A stretch of 64,000 nucleotides of DNA from Burkholderiaceae bacterium. Its GTDB lineage: Bacteria; Pseudomonadota; Gammaproteobacteria; Burkholderiales; Burkholderiaceae_D. The stretch is taken from positions 2,401 through 66,400 of the forward strand of contig DATEZO010000094.1 in NCBI GenBank assembly GCA_035255485.1. Direction: 5' to 3'. Position numbers and translations under genes: made by a program. The notes below the pieces were generated by a model. It searched no databases. It worked only from the letters and a program-made list of their open reading frames with translations, and had not been told where the DNA came from. Positions 1 to 7,567 of the stretch are shown one piece after another (positions within the stretch are counted from its first letter, which is position 1; the number at the start of each line of letters is the position of its first letter).

Positions 1-248
1 GCGTAAAAGCCCGCCACCAGGATGGCGCCCAGGATGGCGCTTGAACGCATCGGATGCCCTGCCAGCAGGCTTTGCAAAAGGATGAACGGGTCGGTCAGGG
101 GCAGCAATCCCATCCATAGACTGCTGGCCAGCGTGCCACGGGCCAGCCACATTCCCCACCAGGGGCCGGATGCGAATGCCAGCAATATGCTGCCTTGCAT
201 GAGGCGACGGGCTATCAGGTAGCGATAGCGTCGGAAAAAATGCGGCAT
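1..248 (-). CDS. NapH/MauN-family membrane ferredoxin-type protein, N-terminal part (runs off window start)
   Basis: Minus-strand translation from the ATG at 246-248 gives MPHFFRRYRYLIARRLMQGSILLAFASGPWWGMWLARGTLASSLWMGLLPLTDPFILLQSLLAGH. This is colinear with the E. coli NapH N-terminus (GPWFG..G..SSSL...PLTDP..LQSL.SGH). It is absent from the ORF track because there is no in-window stop. Confidence 0.7.
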   Translation of the reverse strand, partial: MPHFFRRYRYLIARRLMQGSILLAFASGPWWGMWLARGTLASSLWMGLLPLTDPFILLQSLLAGHPMRSSAILGAILVAGFY

Positions 249-252
249 CGAT

Positions 253-864
253 TCAGTCATGTCGCGCAATCACGGTAATTGCGGCATCCGGCGCTATGCA
301 CGCTTTTTCGCATTGACCGCAGCCAGTGCACAGATTCGCATCGACGGTGGGGGTAAACATGCCATTCATCGGGGTTCGACCATGTTTCAGGATGATCGCT
401 GTGCCTTTGAGGGGGCATGCCCGATAACAGCTGTTGCAAAAGGATGCGCCGTTATAGCTGTTGCACTGCCCGGGATGGCTGAGAACCGCCGTGCCCATGC
501 GCGCATGGTTGATATCCGTGAGTTCGGGACTGAGCGCTCCGGCAGGGCAGGCCTGTAGGCAAGGAATCTCGGTGCACATTGCGCAAGGGATATGCCGGGC
601 ATGAAAGTAGGGCGTGCCGGGAGATAGCGGCATATTCATCTCGGCCAGGCGCAAGGTGTCGAACGGACATGCCTGCGCGCACAGCCCGCAGCGGATGCAG
701 GCTGCATTGAATTGCGCTTCAGGCAAGGCACCGGGAGGACGAATTGCATCGGAGGGCAAGAGCGGCGGTTTTTCCTGCAAAGCCCTCCAGCCTATTGTTC
801 CTTCGACAACCAGGCCCAGCGCGCAAGTCTGGATGAATTTGCGGCGCGATATTGGGGGAAGCAT
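253..864 (-). CDS. Periplasmic (Tat-signal) 4x[4Fe-4S] ferredoxin-type protein, NapG/MauM family
   Basis: Twin-arginine motif SRRKFIQTCALGL. Cys clusters CIRCGLCAQACP, CAMCTEIPCLQACP, CNSCYRACP and CTGCGQCEKAC. Colinear with NapG. Stop lies 4 nt upstream of the NapH-like start. Confidence 0.85.
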   Translation of the reverse strand: MLPPISRRKFIQTCALGLVVEGTIGWRALQEKPPLLPSDAIRPPGALPEAQFNAACIRCGLCAQACPFDTLRLAEMNMPLSPGTPYFHARHIPCAMCTEIPCLQACPAGALSPELTDINHARMGTAVLSHPGQCNSYNGASFCNSCYRACPLKGTAIILKHGRTPMNGMFTPTVDANLCTGCGQCEKACIAPDAAITVIARHD

Positions 865-973
865 GACAACTCTCTGTTTTCAGGCGGAAGCATGGATGCT
901 ACTGTACCAGATGGCTGGCGCCGATGAGGTTGCGCCTCCGTTACCGGATGAGCCGGTAGTTCCATTGGGGTCA

Positions 974-1026
974 GGCACGACGCAGTCCTGATGTCATCGT
1001 GCCCTGTTCCTGCTCTCTTCCCCCGG
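974..1026 (-). repeat. Diverged copy of the bipartite REP-like element (GGCACGATG..CGTCGTGCC hairpin module)
   Basis: Minus strand reads cccgggggaagagagcaggaacagggcacgatgacatcaggactgcgtcgtgcc. This aligns with the copies at 45269-45328 and 45790-45849. It lies 8 nt downstream of the TBDR stop and may act as a terminator. Confidence 0.6.
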
Positions 1027-1033
1027 GCAAGGA

Positions 1034-3139
1034 TCAGAACGCCGTACTCAAGGTCAGCTGCGCGGCGCGTGGCGAGCCGACAATGATATTGTTGTCGCCG
1101 CCGGCGGTGGCGTAATAGTGGCGGTCGAACAGGTTTTCGAGATTCAGCGCGAGCCGCGTCTTGCCGTCGGTGAAAGCGTAGTAGATCGCGCCGTCGGCAC
1201 GGGTGAAGGCGGGCAGCGTGACCGCGTTGGTCGCGGTGTTGGCGTACACGCTGGACTGGGCCACCAGTCCCAGCCCGACCGCCCAGCCGCCGGCAAGGTC
1301 GATGCGGTTCCATACTGAGGCGGCATTCTTCGGTACCAGCGCTACCGTATTTCCAGCCGGTACCGCGCTGCTGCCGGAACCGGTGGATTTTCTGACGCGG
1401 GCATCAAGATTGGCATAGCCGGCATAGATCTGCCACCGTTCGGTGATTTGCCCCTGCAGGCCGATTTCGATGCCCTCAGTGCGCTGCAGGCCCGACAGCA
1501 GCAGCCTGGTCGGGTCGTTCGGGTCGGCCGCCTTGACGTTGGCGCGGTCGAGGCGGAACACGGCGGCGGTCGCGCTCAGGCCGGGACTCAGATCCCACTT
1601 GGCGCCGAGTTCCCAGTTCCTGGCCTTTTCCGGCTCCAGTTCCGCATTATTGGCCGCCAGCGACAGCGTTTCTCCACTCGGCATGAACGCGTAGCTGTAG
1701 CTCAGGTAATACGAAGCGCTGGCGTTGGGCTGGTAGATCAGGCCGGCGCGCGGCGAGAACGCGGTATCGGTGCGGTCCAGGTCGATGTCGGCCGCCCTGC
1801 GGTCGTCGATCGAGACGCTGAAGCGGTCGTGGCGCAGGCCGAGCACGGCTTTCCATTGCGGTGCCAGCACGATCTGGTCCTGCAGATAGAGCGCGGCGAT
1901 GTTGGCGGCCGCGCGGTTGTTGGTATCGCTGCTGGCGGCCTGCCACTTGCTGACCGTCGCCCGCGGGCTGGCGGCGTCGACCATGGCGCTGGTGGCGCTG
2001 CCGAAATAGCCGGTGAGGCGGGTGTTGTCGCTCTGCTGGCGGCCGAGTTCGAGGCCGGTGAGCAGCTGATGCTCGATGCCGCCGGTGCGCACGCGCGCTT
2101 CCAGTTCGGTCTGGTTGAAGATGTTGGTGCGCTGGTTGTCCTGGCGGTAGGCGCTGATTTTTACATTACCGGCGGCGTCGACGCTGCTGCTGGGCTGGAC
2201 GTTCTGGCGCGAAGTGTCGTACCGGGTGGCGCGGAGCGTGTTGCGCAGCATCAGATCCGGCGCCAGTTCGTGTTCGAGCCTGGCACCGAAGCCGTCGACC
2301 ACGGCCTTGCCCGGGCTTTGTTCCGGGTTGCCGAAGAAGGTCGGGCGCGCCGTGTCAAAGGGCTTGCCGTTGAACGACGGGATACCGCGATCGACGGTGC
2401 GCTTGTCCTCGAAGTGCTCGTATGACAGCAGCACCGAGGTGTCGCTGCCGGGGGAAAATTCGAATACCGGGTTGATGCCGCTGCGGCGCAGCTTGAATCC
2501 GTCGCGGAAGCCGCCGGTATCCTCGACCATCGCATTGACGCGATAGCCGGCGGTGGCCGACAAGCGGCCGCTGATGTCGGCGCTGGCGCGCTTGGCGTCA
2601 TAGCTGCCGTAGCTGACTTCGGCCTTGGCCTGCGGCGTTGCCAGCGGCCGCTTGGTGACGCGGTTGATCACGCCGCCGGCGCCGCCGCGTCCGAAAGTCA
2701 TGCCGCTCGGCCCCTTGAGGATCTCGATGCGCTCGGCATTGTACGGATCGCGGAAATACAGCGCGTCGTCGCGCACCCCATCGACATAGAAATCGCTGGT
2801 GCTGCTGATGCCGCGCAGCACCGGCTGGTCGCGGCCGCCCTCGCCGGGGTTCATCGACGTCCCCGGCACGTAGCGCAACACCTGTGCCATGCTGCGCACC
2901 GCCTGATCCTTCATCAGTTCTTCGGACACCACCTGGACCGATTGCGGGACGTCGCGCAAGGCGGTATCGGTTTTGGTGACGGTGGCGGAGCGGGTCGCGC
3001 GGTAGCCGGCCACCGGGCCGTCGGCCCGTTCGGCCTGATCCTGCACGTTGATTTGCGGTAATGTGGTTTCGATGCCGTAGGCGGCACCGCTGCTGCCGAG
3101 CGCGGCCAGTAAGGCCAGTTTGGTTTTTCTGAATGCCAT
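1034..3139 (-). CDS. TonB-dependent siderophore receptor (no FecA-type N-terminal signalling extension)
   Basis: 701 aa with a signal peptide. Plug-domain motifs DTALRDVPQSVQVV and ERIEILKGPSG. Long beta-barrel with C-terminal ..LTLSTAF. Confidence 0.95.
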   Translation of the reverse strand: MAFRKTKLALLAALGSSGAAYGIETTLPQINVQDQAERADGPVAGYRATRSATVTKTDTALRDVPQSVQVVSEELMKDQAVRSMAQVLRYVPGTSMNPGEGGRDQPVLRGISSTSDFYVDGVRDDALYFRDPYNAERIEILKGPSGMTFGRGGAGGVINRVTKRPLATPQAKAEVSYGSYDAKRASADISGRLSATAGYRVNAMVEDTGGFRDGFKLRRSGINPVFEFSPGSDTSVLLSYEHFEDKRTVDRGIPSFNGKPFDTARPTFFGNPEQSPGKAVVDGFGARLEHELAPDLMLRNTLRATRYDTSRQNVQPSSSVDAAGNVKISAYRQDNQRTNIFNQTELEARVRTGGIEHQLLTGLELGRQQSDNTRLTGYFGSATSAMVDAASPRATVSKWQAASSDTNNRAAANIAALYLQDQIVLAPQWKAVLGLRHDRFSVSIDDRRAADIDLDRTDTAFSPRAGLIYQPNASASYYLSYSYAFMPSGETLSLAANNAELEPEKARNWELGAKWDLSPGLSATAAVFRLDRANVKAADPNDPTRLLLSGLQRTEGIEIGLQGQITERWQIYAGYANLDARVRKSTGSGSSAVPAGNTVALVPKNAASVWNRIDLAGGWAVGLGLVAQSSVYANTATNAVTLPAFTRADGAIYYAFTDGKTRLALNLENLFDRHYYATAGGDNNIIVGSPRAAQLTLSTAF

Positions 3140-3163
3140 GATGTGCCTGTTGTCTTGAGTTGG

Positions 3164-3222
3164 GTGGCTGGCTGGTGCGTCAGAAAGACACTTGGCTGGC
3201 TATTGGAGAAGTAAAACGATGC
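3164..3222 (-). promoter_or_regulatory. Conserved leader motif copy A (core GTCAGAAAGACnCTTGGCTGGCT flanked by GGCTGGCT and AGTAAAA)
   Basis: Near-identical to 7431-7485. Lies 25-85 nt upstream of the TBDR ATG. Function unknown. Confidence 0.5.
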
Positions 3223-3431
3223 TGCTTGCCTGAATCCGTGCGATGTTGCCGATTGTTTGCTTGCGCCTTGGCCCAAAAAAACCGGGATCGGTGAACCCGA
3301 AAAAGCGCGAGCCTTCATGCCCGTCCATCCCGACATGCTGTGCCTTGCCGGGCTACGCAAAGGCAGTCCCTTTTATCGCCATGTCGGATGCGCGATAACT
3401 CATTCATGGGCTGTCGAGCCTTCCTGCCGGT

Positions 3432-3848
3432 TCATCTTGGCTGTGGTTCGGTGATGAAGCCGATCTTGCCCAGGCCGCCCGATTGCGCAGCCGCCATGAC
3501 TTGCGCGACTTTTTCATATTGCGTGGTGCGCTCGGCGCGCAGGTGCAGTTCGGGCTGCGGGTTTTTGGCCGCGGCAATGGCAATGCGCTGGCGCAGCTGG
3601 CCGGGGTTGACCGCTTCCGCATCCCAGAACATTCTGCCCTGCGCATCGATCGCCAGGTTGATATTTTCCGGCTTGGCCAGGTCGGGCTGGCTGCTGGCGC
3701 GTGGCAAATCGATGTTGACGCTGTGGTTGATGACCGGGATGGTGATGATGAAGATGATCAGCAGCACCAGCATCACGTCCACCAGCGGCGTGGTATTGAT
3801 TTCCGGATTGAAGTCGTCGTCCGCATCGGACAGGGAACCGAGTGCCAT
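3432..3848 (-). CDS. exbD: Biopolymer transport protein ExbD
   Basis: 138 aa. INTTPLVDVMLVLLIIF TM segment typical of ExbD/TolR. Start overlaps the exbB stop. Confidence 0.9.
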   Translation of the reverse strand: MALGSLSDADDDFNPEINTTPLVDVMLVLLIIFIITIPVINHSVNIDLPRASSQPDLAKPENINLAIDAQGRMFWDAEAVNPGQLRQRIAIAAAKNPQPELHLRAERTTQYEKVAQVMAAAQSGGLGKIGFITEPQPR

Positions 3849-4570
3849 TAGCAGGCCTCCTTGAGCGCGACCAGCCGTGCTGATTTGGCAGCATCGCTGC
3901 CGCTGCGAGCGCCGGTGACGAACAGCGCATGCAGGTCGAAGCCGAACTTGTTGAGTTTGGCGATGGTTGCCTTGTTGCCGCGTACCAGAGCGTTGTAGCC
4001 GAAGGTGGCGGGAATCGCGACCGCCAGCCCGAGTGCGGTCATGATCAGCGCTTCGCCGACCGGGCCGGCGACCTTGTCGATGCTGGATTGTCCCGAGGTG
4101 CCGATGGCAACCAGCGCATGATAGATGCCCCAGACCGTGCCGAACAGGCCGACGAACGGTGCGGTGGACCCGACCGACGCCAGTACTGCCATGCCGGACT
4201 GCAAGCGCGCCGATGCTTCATCGATGGCTTGCCGCAGCGATAGCGTGACCCAGTCGCTGACCGACAACTGGTCATGCAAATGGCCCTTGTGCGCCTGGTG
4301 ATGCTGCATGGCCTCGACGCCGCCTTGCGCGATATCGGCGAATGGATTGCCGCGGCCGAGCGTGGCAACGCCTTCAGTCAGGGTCGTGGTGTCCCAGAAT
4401 TCGTGTCCGGCTGCCAGTGCGGCGCGTCGGAAGCGCCATAACTGCAGCGCCTTGGTGACGATCACGAACCAGGATGCGATCGACAACGCCAGCAGCAGAC
4501 AGGCGACGCCTTTGGTGACCAGGTCGCCCTGGCTCCACAGGCTTTCCAATCCATAGGGATTTGCTTGCAT
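3848..4570 (-). CDS. exbB: MotA/TolQ/ExbB proton channel protein ExbB
   Basis: 240 aa, three TM segments, conserved APFVGLFGTVWGI and GEALIMTALGLAVAIP motifs. Confidence 0.9.
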   Translation of the reverse strand: MQANPYGLESLWSQGDLVTKGVACLLLALSIASWFVIVTKALQLWRFRRAALAAGHEFWDTTTLTEGVATLGRGNPFADIAQGGVEAMQHHQAHKGHLHDQLSVSDWVTLSLRQAIDEASARLQSGMAVLASVGSTAPFVGLFGTVWGIYHALVAIGTSGQSSIDKVAGPVGEALIMTALGLAVAIPATFGYNALVRGNKATIAKLNKFGFDLHALFVTGARSGSDAAKSARLVALKEAC

Positions 4571-4600
4571 GATGTTCCTTTGACTTGATTGATTGGTGAA

Positions 4601-5347
4601 TTAGTGGTTGAGCTGAAACTGGATCGGCACGATGACGAATACCGCTACTGCCAGACCGTTGTCGATATGGGGTCGGAACTGCGCCCGCATGACGGCCTCG
4701 CGTGCCGCTTCATCGAGCCGGGTGCTACCCGACGAGGTGCGGATTTCAGCCCGTTGCGGCATTCCCTGCGGGTTGACCAGTACCCGCAGGATGGTGCGCC
4801 CCTCTTCGCCCATGCGGCGCGAGAATGGCGGATAACGGGGTTGCGGCGGCTGCACATACGCCACTCCGGATGAGAGGAGTTTCGGCTGCGCTGGCGTCGT
4901 CGGTGCTGTCTGCGCTGCTACCGCCGCGGCGACAGCGGCAACGGGTACGCCGGATTCCGGTGGCGATGGCAAATCCGGCGCAGCGACATGCCGTTGTGGC
5001 GCATCGGTTGCCTGCGGCGCAGTCGCGGCAACTGCCGCTGGTATCTGCACCGCTTTGGGAGGCTTCGGCGCCTCGCGTGGGCTGGGCGGTGCGCGCCGCG
5101 GGACCGGCAAACTGACAGTGGCAGGGGTTGGCCGCTCGGATGTGATGAAAGTGGCGAACAACTCTTTCGGACTGGCCGGTGGCGATGAGTCATGCTGCCC
5201 ATTTTGCAGCGCAAAAAAGAGGCCGGCATGCAGCAGCACGATGACGCTCAGCGGTCCGACCCGGCTTTGCTGCCAAGGGGCTGAACTGCTTGCATGCAAA
5301 GTTGCCGCCATGGCTACTGTCGAATGGCGTGGGATCATACCCGTCAT
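4601..5347 (-). CDS. tonB: Energy transducer TonB
   Basis: N-terminal TM (SVIVLLHAGLFFAL), Pro/Ala-rich spacer, C-terminal TonB domain (YPPFSRRMGEEGRTILRVLV). ATGA overlap with hemP. Confidence 0.85.
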   Translation of the reverse strand: MTGMIPRHSTVAMAATLHASSSAPWQQSRVGPLSVIVLLHAGLFFALQNGQHDSSPPASPKELFATFITSERPTPATVSLPVPRRAPPSPREAPKPPKAVQIPAAVAATAPQATDAPQRHVAAPDLPSPPESGVPVAAVAAAVAAQTAPTTPAQPKLLSSGVAYVQPPQPRYPPFSRRMGEEGRTILRVLVNPQGMPQRAEIRTSSGSTRLDEAAREAVMRAQFRPHIDNGLAVAVFVIVPIQFQLNH

Positions 5348-5538
5348 GCATTCAAGATCAGCTTGTTGAGCTGCGTCAGCCGCAGCCGATAGATGCGACC
5401 CTCGTGGTCGATCTCGATTTCGCGCCCATGCTGCAGCAGTTCCCGGCTGTTGATCCGCATGATCCTGTTGCCAACGCCATCGACGGCAGGCGTGCCGCTG
5501 TTGTGGGGTACAAAATCCGGAGAAGCAACTGATTTCAT
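5344..5538 (-). CDS. hemP: Hemin uptake protein HemP/HmuP
   Basis: 64 aa. RINSRELLQHGREIEIDHEGRIYRLRLTQLNKLILNA matches the HemP family signature. First gene of the hemP-tonB-exbBD operon. Confidence 0.8.
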   Translation of the reverse strand: MKSVASPDFVPHNSGTPAVDGVGNRIMRINSRELLQHGREIEIDHEGRIYRLRLTQLNKLILNA

Positions 5539-5551
5539 AGTCTCTTTCTCA

Positions 5552-5570
5552 AATGAGAATTATTCTCATT
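5552..5570. promoter_or_regulatory. Fur box (perfect 19-nt palindrome AATGAGAATTATTCTCATT)
   Basis: 9-1-9 palindrome of Fur-box architecture, 14 nt upstream of the hemP ATG. Flanking ATAATG/CGAATG hexamers extend it to about 5580. Confidence 0.75.
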
Positions 5571-5996
5571 CGCATTATTAAGTGATTTGACCGTGCATGC
5601 AAGCAATTTTTGCGGCAAGCCGCCATTTCTTGTTGCTGGGGCGGCTTCCACGGGGAGGGCGCCGGCGACGTGCGCGGCTCAGGGCGCGGCCGCGCTCGGC
5701 ATGGCGTCGTTGCGCGAAGAGGGAATGCGGGGAGTGTTTATGTTTTTCTGATACGCAACTGATATGGTTTTCCAGCGCCAGGCGGAAAATCGGCTTTCGG
5801 CGTTTGCGTAAATGGTGCGGCAAAATCGATCCGCGCGGATCAGTGCCCTGAATGCCGAATCGCATCGAATGCGGTAGATAGCCTCATCCCGCCTGCGTCA
5901 TTGTGATGAACGGGCCACCACAAGCGGCAGACCTGCTCCGGTCATCATCATGACGAATGTGTGTCCACTGATCATTTGCCCGGTAAGCATCCTGGC

Positions 5997-6023
5997 AGAA
6001 AAAAGGAAAGTAAAGAACTTTCC
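5997..6023 (-). terminator. Rho-independent terminator of bfr
   Basis: Minus strand reads GGAAAGT-tcttt-ACTTTCC followed by TTTTTTCT, about 30 nt after the bfr stop. Confidence 0.6.
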
Positions 6024-6054
6024 CTTTCATCCATTTCCGTTGCTGTTACCGTTC

Positions 6055-6525
6055 TTACGCATCCATTTGCGCTTGCAGATAGTTCGGCAGGCCTATCTTG
6101 TCGATCAGTTCGATCTGGGTTTCCAGCCATTCGATATGATCTTCGGTATCGTCCAGTATTTCCTGGAACAGGTCGCGCGAGACATAATCGTGGGCCGTTT
6201 CGCATGCGGCGATGCCGTCCTTGACGGTTTGCTGCGCCATCGTTTCCAGCTTCAGATCGCATTGCAGCATTTCCGGCGTGTTTTCACCAATCATGAGCTT
6301 GTGCAGGGCCTGCAGGTTCGGCAAGGCATCCAGCATCAGGATGCGGTTGATCAGCTTGTCGGCATGCTTCATTTCGCCGATCGATTCCTCATACTCCTTC
6401 TTGCCGATTTTTTCCAGTCCCCAGTGACGGTACATGCGTGCATGCAGGAAATACTGATTGACTGCACTTAGCTCGTTCGTAAGTTGCGCGTTCAGCAGCT
6501 TGATGATGTTTGCGTCGCCTTTCAT
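6055..6525 (-). CDS. bfr: Bacterioferritin
   Basis: MKGDANIIKLLNAQLTNELSAVNQYFLHARMY.. is a canonical Bfr N-terminus. The ATG at 6523-6525 was chosen over the 21-codon ORF extension. Confidence 0.95.
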   Translation of the reverse strand: MKGDANIIKLLNAQLTNELSAVNQYFLHARMYRHWGLEKIGKKEYEESIGEMKHADKLINRILMLDALPNLQALHKLMIGENTPEMLQCDLKLETMAQQTVKDGIAACETAHDYVSRDLFQEILDDTEDHIEWLETQIELIDKIGLPNYLQAQMDA

Positions 6526-6665
6526 GAGCACCTCGCTAGTGGTGAAAAAACGAATCGGCTGAATGCAGGATGCAATGCGTTTTCGCATTAATAAACAGCC
6601 ATGGGACCATCATAGCGCAGCTTGCCGTTTTTGCCAGAACGCTACCGATTTACCCGAAGCATGCA

Positions 6666-7313
6666 TTACGGCATTGATATCGACCACATGAAACATGCTG
6701 CACCGAACAGGGCCGCAATGCTGCTCATGGCAGCCAGCGTTCGTATCGTATGCAGTTGTGTCCATAGCAGTAGCCCGGTGATCGATAACAGGATCAGGCT
6801 GCCTGCAATCGTATCCGACAAGAGCACCCAGAATGCATTTGCACCGACTGACATGTGCAGCCGCATTAGCGTGCCCAGCGGCGTCGCATCCAGCTGATCG
6901 AGGCGGACAAAGCGATTGCCGACGAAATACTCGGCACTGACGCTGCGGTGCGGGCTTTGCAGCGTGACGCTCCAGCGCTCCGGTTGCAGCACTTCGCGCC
7001 CGGCCCACAGGATATTTCTTGCCGCCTGCGATTTGGCTAGCGGCGGTTGGGCGGGCGCAAACCCGAGTTCCGCCTGCAGCCATTCTGCCATCCGCTGTGG
7101 CGAAGTGAATCCGCCGACCGGTAACGGAAGCTGTACGGTTCTCTGCACGGCTTTGTCGACCGGGATCTTCAGGATTGTCCGATGATTCATCAGGATGCCG
7201 GTCGCACCGAACACCAATCCAAGTATCGCGCCCCACAATCCGACATACAGATGGGTCTTGCGCAACCATGTCAGGAATACCGCTCGCCTGCTACGCTGCC
7301 GGTTAGACAGCAT
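6666..7313 (-). CDS. PepSY-associated TM-helix domain protein (small, about 215 aa)
   Basis: MLSNRQRSRRAVFLTWLRKTHLYVGLWGAILGLVFG.. is a typical PepSY-TM N-terminus, with C-terminal TM helices. The upstream 99 ORF codons look non-coding. Start is uncertain. Confidence 0.7.
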   Translation of the reverse strand: MLSNRQRSRRAVFLTWLRKTHLYVGLWGAILGLVFGATGILMNHRTILKIPVDKAVQRTVQLPLPVGGFTSPQRMAEWLQAELGFAPAQPPLAKSQAARNILWAGREVLQPERWSVTLQSPHRSVSAEYFVGNRFVRLDQLDATPLGTLMRLHMSVGANAFWVLLSDTIAGSLILLSITGLLLWTQLHTIRTLAAMSSIAALFGAACFMWSISMP

Positions 7314-7430
7314 GATGCACCGTGGCCTGCCTTGACGCTGGATGAACGCAGTGCCGAGCGGCACGCGCAAAAAATGTCGCCAGCCGGGATTTTCTGAGTG
7401 CCATGTTATTCCTGTCAGTGTAAAAAAACG

Positions 7431-7485
7431 CTGGCTGGCTAGGTCAGAAAGACGCTTGGCTGGCTGTAGGGTCAGTAAAAATCGT
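7431..7485 (-). promoter_or_regulatory. Conserved leader motif copy B
   Basis: ctggctggctaggtcagaaagacgcttggctggctgtagggtcagtaaaaatcg aligns with 3164-3222. Lies 120-170 nt upstream of the PepSY-TM start. Confidence 0.5.
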
Positions 7486-7567
7486 TGATAGAAATCCTGC
7501 CTGGCGTTGCATGCGCCAAGCGGATCTTGTATTGCCTGCGCTTGCTGGTTTCCGGGGCCCGTTACCG

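Noticed and set aside
22-222. 66-aa plus-strand ORF at the window start
   Set aside because: It lies antisense to the NapH-like coding sequence, whose minus-strand translation matches a known family. The plus-strand ORF has no recognisable features.
253-3139. Periplasmic nitrate reductase (nap) operon
   Set aside because: Only NapG- and NapH-like genes are present. The neighbouring gene is a TonB-dependent receptor, not napA/napD/napB/napC. Calling this a nap operon is therefore not supported within the window.
3394-3407. Fur box upstream of the TonB-dependent receptor (GATAACTCATTCAT)
   Set aside because: Only a partial match to the local Fur consensus. It is mentioned under the leader-motif finding but is too weak to annotate as a feature.
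5581-5996. Possible divergent Fur-controlled sRNA in the 415-nt hemP-bfr gap
   Set aside because: I found an AAGCCGCC/GGCGGCTT hairpin and a GATCCGCGCGGATC palindrome. There is no promoter-like element facing away from the Fur box and no intrinsic terminator. Evidence is insufficient to call an RNA gene.
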